Shown here piece by piece: positions 28,659 through 37,633 of a stretch of 64,000 nucleotides of DNA. Each line of letters begins with the position of its first letter. Positions within the stretch are counted from its first letter, which is position 1. The stretch is from a virus. The position numbers were made by a program, and so were the translations under genes. The DNA is taken from IMG/VR virus record IMGVR_UViG_3300023174_000082, positions 32,001-96,000 of that record, one strand, 5' to 3'. The notes under the pieces were generated by a model. That model did no database searches. It was not told the DNA's origin and saw only the letters and a program-made list of their open reading frames with translations.

Positions 28659-28750
28659 TTGGCATTTATCGCCATTTTGACTCCTTAAACAGCAGAGTTT
28701 TTGGTTGTTATGTAAATAACAGCACACTTTACCTATAGGAGTTTTCCCTT

Positions 28751-29608
28751 ATGAACAAATTTGAACAGTTGATCGAATACGTGATCAACGACGAAGACCA
28801 AAAAGCTCGCGAGCTTTTCCATGACATCGTAGTGGCCAAAAGCCGCGAAATCTACGAAAATCTAATGCAAGAAGAGGCTGATGAAGACATCGACGAAGCA
28901 GCAGAAAAAGAAACTGATGACGAAGATCTTGACGAATCAGAAGAAATGGATGAAAGCGCCATGGGCGGCGACGCCAGCGACGACTTGATTGATGAAATTG
29001 AAGCCGACGAAGAACAAGACATGAGCATGGAAGGCGAAGAGTCTGACTCTGAGTTTGACGACGAAGCTGAAGAAGCTGGTGACGATCTTACTCACGACAT
29101 TGAAGACATGCACGACGAAGGCGGCAGCGATGAGCCTGCAACCAAAGATGACGTTATGAATCTAGAAGACAAACTAGATGAGTTGATGGCTGAATTTGAA
29201 GGCTTGATGGGCGGCGACGACATGGGCGACGGCGATGATTTTGGTGGAGACGAAGGCGGTGATGCCATTGAAATGGACGACACTGAAGAAATGATGCCTA
29301 TGGCCGAAGCATTGACATTGAAGGCAGCACCAAAGCCAGTTACCACTGAACAAGGTGACGGCAAAGCAGGTCCTGTAGCATTTAACTCAGGCGCAACTGG
29401 AATGGCCAGCAAGCCAGTACACACTGGTACCAGCATGGGTGGTGTGCATGACAGTTCCGCATATCGCAACACAGTAAAAGAACTTGGCGTAACTCCTACA
29501 CAAGATGCTGGAAAAAAAGCATTTAAATCAGCTGCTCCTGCTCCTGTAAAGAGCCAGGCCAGCGGTGTAAACACCAAGAGCCCACTTCCAAGTGGTCGTA
29601 AAGGTTAA
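28751..29608 (+). CDS. Highly acidic prohead core/internal scaffold protein (gp67-like position)
   Basis: Asp/Glu-rich; between portal and protease; AGGAG RBS and TAAATA upstream. Confidence 0.65.
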   Translation: MNKFEQLIEYVINDEDQKARELFHDIVVAKSREIYENLMQEEADEDIDEAAEKETDDEDLDESEEMDESAMGGDASDDLIDEIEADEEQDMSMEGEESDSEFDDEAEEAGDDLTHDIEDMHDEGGSDEPATKDDVMNLEDKLDELMAEFEGLMGGDDMGDGDDFGGDEGGDAIEMDDTEEMMPMAEALTLKAAPKPVTTEQGDGKAGPVAFNSGATGMASKPVHTGTSMGGVHDSSAYRNTVKELGVTPTQDAGKKAFKSAAPAPVKSQASGVNTKSPLPSGRKG

Positions 29609-29612
29609 TTAG

Positions 29613-30251
29613 ATGTCATCTAGATACCTAAGAGAAGATCTTACTTTTAGCCAAGCCAACATCCAAGTTTTGGAAGAAGCTGATGTTGGTGGCAAAAAGC
29701 ACCTCTATCTCAAAGGCATTTGTATTGAAGGCGACAAGCGCAATGCAAATGAGCGTATCTATCCTCGACACGAAATTATCAAAGCAGTAGAAACCATCAA
29801 CGAGCAGATCCGTAACGGTAACTCCGTTTTAGGTGAAGTGGACCATCCAGACGATCTCAAGATTAACTTGGATCGTGTGTGCCACACAGTTGAAGGCATG
29901 TGGATGGACGGGCATGCTGGTTGCGGCAAATTGAAAATTCTACCAACCCCTATGGGTGAATTGATAAAGACTCTGTTGACATCTGGCGTGAAGCTGGGTG
30001 TTAGCAGTCGTGGTTCAGGAAATGTTGATGACAGAACAGGACATGTAAGTGACTTTGAAATTGTCACTATAGATGTGGTTGCCCAACCCAGTGCTCCTAA
30101 TGCGTATCCTACAGCAATCTATGAAGGTCTCATGAATATGAGAAACGGTCATAAGATCTTAGAGATAGCAAGAGAGTCTGGTCAGGACGACAAAGTGAAG
30201 AAGTATCTCGCAGGTGAGGTTAAACGCCTTATCCGAGAACTCAAAATCTAA
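29613..30251 (+). CDS. gp21: Prohead protease (T4 gp21-like)
   Basis: N.N.RIYP, LGEVDHP, LPTPMG, GVSSRGSG, DVVAQPSAPNA. Confidence 0.95.
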   Translation: MSSRYLREDLTFSQANIQVLEEADVGGKKHLYLKGICIEGDKRNANERIYPRHEIIKAVETINEQIRNGNSVLGEVDHPDDLKINLDRVCHTVEGMWMDGHAGCGKLKILPTPMGELIKTLLTSGVKLGVSSRGSGNVDDRTGHVSDFEIVTIDVVAQPSAPNAYPTAIYEGLMNMRNGHKILEIARESGQDDKVKKYLAGEVKRLIRELKI

Positions 30252-30263
30252 GGAGAACCAGGC

Positions 30264-31358
30264 ATGTTTGATGCTATTAAACCATTGCTTGACAGCGGCT
30301 TGATCAACGAAGATGTTAGTAAAGAACTCAACGAAGCTTGGGAATCTAAACTGACAGAAGCTCGTGAACTTGTACGTGCAGAACTTCGCGAGGAGTTTGC
30401 ACAACGCTATGAGCATGACAAAACAGTGATGGTAGAAGCCCTAGATAAAATGGTAACAGAAGGTCTTGCAGGAGAATTGGCCAATATTGCTGCTGAAAAG
30501 CAAGCATTGGCTGAAGACCGTGTGAAGTTTCAACACAAGATGAAAGAGTCAGCCACTAAGTTTAACAGCTTCTTGGTTACTAAACTTGCTGAAGAAATTT
30601 CTGAACTGCGTAAAGACCGTAAGATGCACACAGAAGGAGTTGCAAAACTTGAAAACTTCGTGGTGCATGCATTGGCAAAAGAAATTCAAGAATTTGCTGC
30701 TGACAAGCGTGATTTGGTTGAAACCAAAGTTCGCTTGGTAAGTGAAGCACGTAACAAACTTGAAACTTTGAAAGCACGATTTGTTAAAGAAAGTGCCAAC
30801 AAAATGAGCCAAGCTGTTAGCAAACATCTTAAGGCTGAATTGAATCAGTTACAAGAAGACATCAAAGTTGCTCGCGAGAACAATTTTGGTCGTCGTATCT
30901 TTGAAGCATATGCTACCGAATTTGGTGCTACTCACTTGAATGAGAAAGCTGAAGTTCGTAAGTTGCATAACACAATTGCGCACAAAGACAAGAAATTGTC
31001 TGAGGCAATTAAACTCACCATGAAAGCAAAAGTCCTGGTTGAGAATAAAGAGCGCGAACTGCGTATGATTAAAGAATCCAATGAGCGTGACAGCACAATG
31101 GATGAATTGCTACGTCCCTTGAACAAGGAAAAGCAAGAAGTCATGCGTAATTTGCTCGAAAGCGTCCAAACTAACCGTTTGAAAAACGCCTTCGAAAAGT
31201 ATCTACCAGCAGTGTTGGAAGACCGCTCCGTGAAAGCCCACAAAGTGATCACAGAAAACGTCACCGCAGTTACTGGTGATAAAACTGTTCCGAACCAGCA
31301 GTCCGCCCAAGAAGATCACAGCAATGTGATTGCACTCAAGCGCCTGGCAGGGCTTTAA
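30264..31358 (+). CDS. gp22: Prohead scaffolding protein (T4 gp22-like)
   Basis: Coiled-coil Glu/Lys-rich protein between protease and capsid genes; AAGGAG RBS. Confidence 0.8.
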   Translation: MFDAIKPLLDSGLINEDVSKELNEAWESKLTEARELVRAELREEFAQRYEHDKTVMVEALDKMVTEGLAGELANIAAEKQALAEDRVKFQHKMKESATKFNSFLVTKLAEEISELRKDRKMHTEGVAKLENFVVHALAKEIQEFAADKRDLVETKVRLVSEARNKLETLKARFVKESANKMSQAVSKHLKAELNQLQEDIKVARENNFGRRIFEAYATEFGATHLNEKAEVRKLHNTIAHKDKKLSEAIKLTMKAKVLVENKERELRMIKESNERDSTMDELLRPLNKEKQEVMRNLLESVQTNRLKNAFEKYLPAVLEDRSVKAHKVITENVTAVTGDKTVPNQQSAQEDHSNVIALKRLAGL

Positions 31359-31377
31359 AATTTTTTAGGAGACTTAA

Positions 31378-32574
31378 ATGTCACAAGAACTATTAGAAAG
31401 TCGTTGGGATGAGACCAAAGAGGCCCTGTTAGAAGGCCTCCAAGGCACCAAACGCAATAGCATGAAAGTTATTCTTGAGAATACTCGTCGCTATTTGAAA
31501 GAGAATGCTTCTTCTGGAAGTACTGTTTCTGGCAACATTGCCACACTTAACCGTGTGATTCTGCCAGTTATCCGTCGTGTGATGCCAACTGTTATTGCTA
31601 ACGAGTTGGTTGGTGTTCAGCCAATGACTGGCCCTGTTGGTCAAATCCACACCTTGCGTGTGCGATATGCTCAGAGCTTGACTGACAATTCTGCTGCTGC
31701 AACTTCTGTTACAGCCGGCCAAGAAGCATTGAGCCCATTCACAATTGCTACAGCTTACTCTACTGTTCCACAAGGAACATCAACAGCTACAGCCTACACC
31801 GGCGGCTCAACAGCCAGCATGGAAGGTACTGGCGGTAAGCAAATCAGCGTTCAAATCTTGAAACAAGCTGTTGAAGCCAAGACCCGCAAGCTGCAAGCTC
31901 GTTGGACATTTGAATCTGCACAAGACGCACAAGCCATGCATGGTATTGACGTTGAAGCAGAAATCATGGCTGCTCTAGCTCAAGAGATTACCGCTGAAAT
32001 TGACCAAGAGATTCTTTTGAGCTTGCGCTCATTGGCATCTACTGAGTTCACATACAACCAAGCTACCGTTTCGGGTACAGCTACATTCGTTGGTGACGAA
32101 CACGCCGCTTTGGCAGTGTTGATCAACCGTGTTGCTAACTTGATCGCCCAACGTACTCGTCGTGGCGCTGGTAACTACGCTGTTGTGTCTTCAGCTGCTC
32201 TGACAGTGTTGCAAAGTGCAACAACTTCAGCTTTTGCTCGTACCACAGAAGGCACCTTTGAAGCACCTACAAACACCAAGTTTGTTGGTACATTGAACGG
32301 CGCTATGCGTGTGTTCGTTGACAGTTATGCCAGCGATACAACTCCAGTTCTGGTTGGCTACAAAGGCTCTTCAGAAGCTGACGCTCCTGCATTCTACTGC
32401 CCATACATTCCTTTGATGAGCAGTGGTGTTGTGTTGGATCCAACAACCTTTGAACCAGTGGTGTCATTCATGACACGTTATGGTTACATTGAGTTGACCA
32501 ACACTGCATCGTCATTCGGTAACGCCGGTGACTATGTGGGTGAGATCGCTGTATCTAACTTGTCATTCTCCTAA
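31378..32574 (+). CDS. gp23: Major capsid protein (T4 gp23-like)
   Basis: VGVQPMTGPVGQI, VEAKTRKLQARWT.E.AQD..AMHGID, EITAEIDQE, AFYCPYIPL, FMTRYG. Confidence 0.96.
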   Translation: MSQELLESRWDETKEALLEGLQGTKRNSMKVILENTRRYLKENASSGSTVSGNIATLNRVILPVIRRVMPTVIANELVGVQPMTGPVGQIHTLRVRYAQSLTDNSAAATSVTAGQEALSPFTIATAYSTVPQGTSTATAYTGGSTASMEGTGGKQISVQILKQAVEAKTRKLQARWTFESAQDAQAMHGIDVEAEIMAALAQEITAEIDQEILLSLRSLASTEFTYNQATVSGTATFVGDEHAALAVLINRVANLIAQRTRRGAGNYAVVSSAALTVLQSATTSAFARTTEGTFEAPTNTKFVGTLNGAMRVFVDSYASDTTPVLVGYKGSSEADAPAFYCPYIPLMSSGVVLDPTTFEPVVSFMTRYGYIELTNTASSFGNAGDYVGEIAVSNLSFS

Positions 32575-32604
32575 TCAGAGAACCAACCCAGGGATGGGAA
32601 GGAC

Positions 32605-32631
32605 AAAAAAAGCACCTTCGGGTGCTTTTTT
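32605..32631. terminator. Bidirectional intrinsic terminator
   Basis: A-tract-GCACC-TTCG-GGTGC-T-tract between convergent capsid and glycosyltransferase genes. Confidence 0.9.
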
Positions 32632-32637
32632 GTTGAC

Positions 32638-33786
32638 TTAAACTTTGAACCAACCTAAGTATTGACTGACTTTTTTGGTAACTGCGGTCCAGTCATCAAA
32701 GTTTTCTTGTCTAAAAAGTCTAGCAGTCGAGTACCAAGGACTAGAATCTTGATTCAACAACCAACGCCAGTCCGTGCTGAATTTTTGTAGCATTATCCAT
32801 GTGGGACGACCTAGTGATCCACTCAAGTGTGACACAGCAGTATCCACACCAATCACCACGTCCATGGCCATGATCAAGGCCGCAGTGTCTACAAAACTTT
32901 TAACGCTGCCAGGATAGGCTTGCACTCCTGCTTCAAGCAAGGCTGCTTCTTCTTCTGGATCAGCATCAACTTGCAAATTGATCCATTCGTATTGAGGATT
33001 AGATTTAATCATGTCTAGCATTACAGAGAACGGCACGCTCTTGTGTTGATTGAGCCAGGAATCTCTGCGGCCGCTCCAACAAAAGCCCACACGCATGCGA
33101 GTTTTAGGACCCAGTATCTGCAACCACTCTTGCTGACGGCCTTGATCTACATTGAGATAGTTCACTGGCCTAGGCAAATTTTCCAACGTTACTCCAAGAA
33201 TGCCTGGAATGCTCATGATAGGAATCCAATAATCAAACTCACCCATGTCGTCAGTGTATGTTCCTAACTGCTGAATGACGTCGCTAGATTGTAATAACGG
33301 AATCAATCCGTCAGTAACCTGAAGCTTGATTTTTGCTCCAGCCACATGCAAGTTGTACAAGAATCTGCAAAACTGAATGTTGTCTCCGTGGCCTTGTTCG
33401 CCTACTACAAGAATAGTTTTGTCTTTGAGATCTTCGCCACGCCAGCGAGGCTGTTGGTGTTTGGGTTCAGTTCCGGCAAGATGTTCGTATTGCCATCTTG
33501 ATTCATAAGCTGGCCATCCATTGGTGTAATCGCCCATCAACAACAGTGCCACCGCCAAATTGAACCTAGCAGTTACATTATTTGGATCAAGAAGAATTGC
33601 ATGTTGCAAGAACGGAATGGCTCGCTGAGGATGGCCAATTTCTCGCATGACATTGCCGTAGTTGTTGAATGCCGCAGCAGAATCCATGTCTTTGGCAAAT
33701 GCCAATGCATAACATTGCAGGGCTTCACCGTATTGTCGGTCAGCTCGATGTTGGTTGCCTTGTGAAATTAAAAAATCAGTTTCCAT
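32638..33786 (-). CDS. TPR-repeat protein with GT-B (GT9-like) glycosyltransferase domain
   Basis: N-terminal TPRs; EQGHGDNIQF, VGFCWSG, DTAALI..MDVVIGVDTAVSHLSGSLG.P, DWRW...SPWY. Confidence 0.8.
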   Translation of the reverse strand: METDFLISQGNQHRADRQYGEALQCYALAFAKDMDSAAAFNNYGNVMREIGHPQRAIPFLQHAILLDPNNVTARFNLAVALLLMGDYTNGWPAYESRWQYEHLAGTEPKHQQPRWRGEDLKDKTILVVGEQGHGDNIQFCRFLYNLHVAGAKIKLQVTDGLIPLLQSSDVIQQLGTYTDDMGEFDYWIPIMSIPGILGVTLENLPRPVNYLNVDQGRQQEWLQILGPKTRMRVGFCWSGRRDSWLNQHKSVPFSVMLDMIKSNPQYEWINLQVDADPEEEAALLEAGVQAYPGSVKSFVDTAALIMAMDVVIGVDTAVSHLSGSLGRPTWIMLQKFSTDWRWLLNQDSSPWYSTARLFRQENFDDWTAVTKKVSQYLGWFKV

Positions 33787-33828
33787 GGTACTATTTAATG
33801 GCTATATGAGTTGATTCTAACATTTCCA

Positions 33829-33915
33829 TAAATACTTGTCAACACAATACGGTGTTTTATGCGGTTTAACCCGCCGCGTAGCGACTAGAACTCGCATCGG
33901 ACTTCTGTAAGGAGA
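33829..33915 (+). promoter_or_regulatory. Late promoter TAAATA followed by a structured 5' leader and AAGGAG RBS
   Basis: TAAATA 33829-33834; stems 33841-33856, 33858-33880, 33881-33895. Confidence 0.55.
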
Positions 33916-33922
33916 AACAAAA

Positions 33923-34708
33923 ATGGGACGTCCTCTTAAAATACAAAAATCAAGCACTGGTTCAGGCAACGGCGGCGCAGCCGTTAGCGTCGACATTGGC
34001 TTTCCAAATTTTGGATCATTAACTGCCCCTGTGACCAACACAGGCGACACACTCAGTGCTACTGAATATCTTGGCGTGGTGGGTGGCGCAGCCCCTACTG
34101 ATACACCAACTACAACCAATCCTAGAATTGACGTAATTGTGAACATTGCTGCACCTAGTGGATCTGGTATTGGTGTTGCCGCAGGATATATCATCCGTCA
34201 AAAAGGTTCACACAAATACCTAGTTGGTGATGCTACTGGCGTTAACGATGGCAGTTTTGTTGTTGGGCAAGCATATCAAATTTCCACAGTTGGCACAACC
34301 ACTAACTGGACCGCAGCCGGTGCTCCTGCTAATTTTGGATTAGGCACAATTTTCACAGCAACTTCTGTTGGGGGAGCTGGCAACGGCGCAGCATACTCGG
34401 TGGGTGTTTGTGTACTAGACGATGACACTACTCCAGCAGCTGGATTGATGGCTATCACATTTACAGTCACTGATTCTACTGCTACCACAATCTCCAAATT
34501 GACCAACAAGTTCTTGTTAGATTGGACTGGCGGTTCAACTTATGCGGCAGCAAGTGTTGTGGCTGACAAGCGTTATGCAACCAACTTCTTTACTGACGAA
34601 GGTACAGTTATCAAATCAGGTACTACTGCAACAGCAAACACAGGCACAGTACAAAGCGGACAACAAAATCTGCTTGACTTGGCCATTGTTGACAACGTTA
34701 CTTCTTAA
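33923..34708 (+). CDS. Putative virion structural/decoration protein, 261 aa
   Basis: MGRPLK N-terminus, YIIRQKGSHKYLV motif, Thr/Gly-rich; late promoter and strong RBS. Confidence 0.6.
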   Translation: MGRPLKIQKSSTGSGNGGAAVSVDIGFPNFGSLTAPVTNTGDTLSATEYLGVVGGAAPTDTPTTTNPRIDVIVNIAAPSGSGIGVAAGYIIRQKGSHKYLVGDATGVNDGSFVVGQAYQISTVGTTTNWTAAGAPANFGLGTIFTATSVGGAGNGAAYSVGVCVLDDDTTPAAGLMAITFTVTDSTATTISKLTNKFLLDWTGGSTYAAASVVADKRYATNFFTDEGTVIKSGTTATANTGTVQSGQQNLLDLAIVDNVTS

Positions 34709-34723
34709 TTGATTTAACCCCTG

Positions 34724-34756
34724 AGTCCTCCTAGATAACTACTAGGAGGATTTTTT
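34724..34756 (+). terminator. Terminator hairpin that also occludes the next RBS and has a late-promoter-like TAACTA loop
   Basis: TCCTCCTAG-ATAACTA-CTAGGAGGA-TTTTTT-ATG. Confidence 0.75.
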
Positions 34757-35344
34757 ATGAGTTTTGGTTTTGTATTAGGCAACGGCGTTAGTCGATTAGA
34801 ATTGAATTTGCAAACTCTCAAAGAGCTTGGTCCAACCTATGGATGCAATGCACTGCATCGAGAATTTGCACCCACTGTTTTGGTCAGCACAGACAAACCC
34901 ATCAGTGAATCTATTCAACACAGTGGATATGCCAGTGAACACAGAATGTATACTCGAAAACCCATACCGGGCTTAGGCGCACATAGAGTTCCAGATGATT
35001 ATTTTGGATTCAGTTCAGGACCCATTGCAGTGGCTCTTGCGGCTATAGATCAAAATCGTGCAGTGTATCTCATTGGATTTGATATGGGTCCCACAGCTGG
35101 GGACAGATTTAACAATGTGTATGCAGACACTGAATTTTACAAAAAAAGCTCTGCTCGCCCAACTTATACAGGAAATTGGGTCAAACAACTACAAAGAGTG
35201 TGCAAGGACTTTCCAGACGTTGGATTTTTCCGGGTAATGGGCAAAACCACAGCGGCAATTTCTGAGTTACGGGGCATAAAAAATCTAGCTGCCATGCAAA
35301 TGGAAGACTTTCAAAACCGCATAAATAACACAAAGGATCTTTAA
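34757..35344 (+). CDS. Hypothetical protein with GNGxS motif (Maf/DUF115 or sialyltransferase-like fold)
   Basis: FVLGNGVSR, YGCNAL, SSGP.A, VYLIGFD motifs. Confidence 0.55.
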   Translation: MSFGFVLGNGVSRLELNLQTLKELGPTYGCNALHREFAPTVLVSTDKPISESIQHSGYASEHRMYTRKPIPGLGAHRVPDDYFGFSSGPIAVALAAIDQNRAVYLIGFDMGPTAGDRFNNVYADTEFYKKSSARPTYTGNWVKQLQRVCKDFPDVGFFRVMGKTTAAISELRGIKNLAAMQMEDFQNRINNTKDL

Positions 35345-36859
35345 ATGACTACCTACAATCGTGTCGCAGGCAATTTGGTATTCCAATCTGTAGGAAATAC
35401 CGACACAGTAACTTTTGAAGGCTTGACAGCCAATGCAGCCACGGTTGTGATCAACGGTAACCTTTCAGTGACTGGAAACGCCGCACTTACAGGTAACATT
35501 TCAGGCGATAATATTTTCAACGGAACCACCAGTATTGCAATCCCTACTGCTAGTGGCAATGCAGTAATTTCAGTGGGTGGTGTATCCAATGTGGCAGTTT
35601 GGTCAACCACTGGTGTGGCTATTACCGGAACTGAATCTGTGACTGGTAACGTCACAGGTGGCAACTTGCTCACAGCTGGCCAAGTGAGTGCTACAGGCAA
35701 CGTCACTGGCGGAAATATGATTGCATCAAGCAATATTATTTTAAGTTATACTTCGGGTGCAACCACAGATAGAATTCTGCGTTTTTCTGATGCCAATACC
35801 GCTATTACCACAGTCGGTGCTAACATTGGAGCAATTGAATGGTTTACGTCTGATTCGGCACCAGGAGCTAGAGTTACTGCTGCCATTAGAGCTGTGTACT
35901 CTGACTCTCTTGGCAATGCTAATATTTTAATTCAAACAGCCAATACCACAGCAGCCACTCGTATTGCTATCATTGGAGCATCTGGTAACGTGGGCGTGGC
36001 AAATACTGCGCCTTTGCATACTTTTGCAGTTAGTGGCACCATGTACGGGTCAAGTACTATGACCATAGTTGGTAACGTAGATGGTGGTAATTTGCGTACA
36101 GCCGGATTAATAACAGCAACAGGCAATGTAACCAGTGGTAATGTGGCCACAGCTGGATTAATCTCTGCCACTGGCAACATCACTGGCGGTAATTTAATCA
36201 GCGTAAGTGCAATCGGCGCAGGAGCCGGCGGTGTTAGCACAACTGGTAACGTTACAGGCGGTAACGTAGTCAGCCAGGGCATTATTACAGCAACTGGCAA
36301 CATTACCAGCGGCAACGTGTTTATTGGTACTACTGCCAGTTTGACAGCCAATGTTAATGCTGGAAATGCAGTGATCACAGCAAATGTGTCCAGCGCCAAT
36401 CTCAGTGTTAGTACGCTGTTGACTGGTACAGGTATTGGTGTTCCAAATTATGTAGTTCAATCTAGCGACGCTCCAATCTCGTCAGTAACTCCAGCTAACA
36501 TTGGAACACTGACATTCACAGCAGTAGCCAACAATCGATATTACTTTGAAAGCTATATCACACTGGTACCAGACGGTTCAATGACTATTTCGCCCACTGT
36601 GAATTTTGCATCAGGCACTTGTAATTTTACAACTGAAACGCAAACAACCACTACATCCGCATTTGCTACAGCCACAAAAACCACAAGTGATGACGTGGCA
36701 ACTACCTATGCCAGTACCGGCACAACTGCTAGAACATTGAGAATATCGGGCACTTTCTTCAACACTGTAAACACCGCAGTGACCATGAGACTGCAAAATT
36801 CCACCGGTACAATGACCGCTAAAACAGGTTCTTACCTTATTTTCACCAAAGTTGCCTAA
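35345..36859 (+). CDS. Fibre-type virion protein with TGNVTGGN repeats, 504 aa
   Basis: Repeat composition; TAAATA at 35322-35327. Confidence 0.7.
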   Translation: MTTYNRVAGNLVFQSVGNTDTVTFEGLTANAATVVINGNLSVTGNAALTGNISGDNIFNGTTSIAIPTASGNAVISVGGVSNVAVWSTTGVAITGTESVTGNVTGGNLLTAGQVSATGNVTGGNMIASSNIILSYTSGATTDRILRFSDANTAITTVGANIGAIEWFTSDSAPGARVTAAIRAVYSDSLGNANILIQTANTTAATRIAIIGASGNVGVANTAPLHTFAVSGTMYGSSTMTIVGNVDGGNLRTAGLITATGNVTSGNVATAGLISATGNITGGNLISVSAIGAGAGGVSTTGNVTGGNVVSQGIITATGNITSGNVFIGTTASLTANVNAGNAVITANVSSANLSVSTLLTGTGIGVPNYVVQSSDAPISSVTPANIGTLTFTAVANNRYYFESYITLVPDGSMTISPTVNFASGTCNFTTETQTTTTSAFATATKTTSDDVATTYASTGTTARTLRISGTFFNTVNTAVTMRLQNSTGTMTAKTGSYLIFTKVA

Positions 36860-36870
36860 AACGGTAAACT

Positions 36871-36900
36871 GGATCTTATGGTAAATACACCAGAGGATCC
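36871..36900 (+). promoter_or_regulatory. RBS-occluding hairpin with late promoter TAAATA at its apex
   Basis: GGATCTT.TGG-TAAATACA-CCA.AGGATCC; GAGGA RBS lies in the 3' arm. Confidence 0.65.
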
Positions 36901-36909
36901 TGTAAACCT

Positions 36910-37611
36910 ATGGCACAACAAATAATTGACACCGGCGCCGCAGCCAATGATGGCACGGGCGAGCCATTGCGTGACGCATTTACTGCTGTAAATGATAATT
37001 TTACAGAAATTTATGCCGCAGGTCCTGTTGGCAGCAATGTTGTTATTGCCAACAATGTAATTTCTGTCAACGGTCTTAATTCCAATTTGGTGCTAGCCGC
37101 TAATGGTATTGGAAACATCCAGGCCAATAGTTCCATTATGCCTTCAATTGATTCTGTGTATGACATAGGATCTCCAACCAAACGAGTTGACACAGTTTAT
37201 GCTTCGTATTTTGTGGGCAATGGCAGCTTACTTACAGGTATTGCTGGTGGGTCTGGCAACGGAACTGCCATTGCAAACGGCACGTCAAATGTGGCTGTTC
37301 GCAGCTCGGGAGGCAATGTCACAATTGGCATTGGCGGAACTGGCAATGTGGCTGTGTTTTACAACAACGGTCTTACTCTCAGCGGTAATTTACAAGCTGC
37401 AAATATTCTCAGCACTGGCTTGGTCAGTGCTTCGGGCAACGTCACTGGTGGCAATATCAGAGCTACTAGCAATATCTACATTGGTAATACTGTTTTTACC
37501 AGAACATTGACTGTGGGAACTAGAACCACTCCAGTGTCTGTGCCATTGGCCAGTAACAACAGTTTTAATGTTTTAACTCGCACCGGCAACGTGGTCGTGT
37601 ATACCACATAA
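36910..37611 (+). CDS. Fibre/baseplate-attachment protein with gp9/gp10-like N-terminal motif
   Basis: IDTGAAANDGTGEPLRDAFTAVNDNFTEIY. Confidence 0.65.
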   Translation: MAQQIIDTGAAANDGTGEPLRDAFTAVNDNFTEIYAAGPVGSNVVIANNVISVNGLNSNLVLAANGIGNIQANSSIMPSIDSVYDIGSPTKRVDTVYASYFVGNGSLLTGIAGGSGNGTAIANGTSNVAVRSSGGNVTIGIGGTGNVAVFYNNGLTLSGNLQAANILSTGLVSASGNVTGGNIRATSNIYIGNTVFTRTLTVGTRTTPVSVPLASNNSFNVLTRTGNVVVYTT

Positions 37612-37633
37612 ATAATAAAATTGGATTAAGATA

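Noticed and set aside
33817-34194. 125-aa minus-strand ORF and similar short overlapping ORFs elsewhere
   Set aside because: Overlap better-supported genes on the opposite strand and show no recognisable motifs
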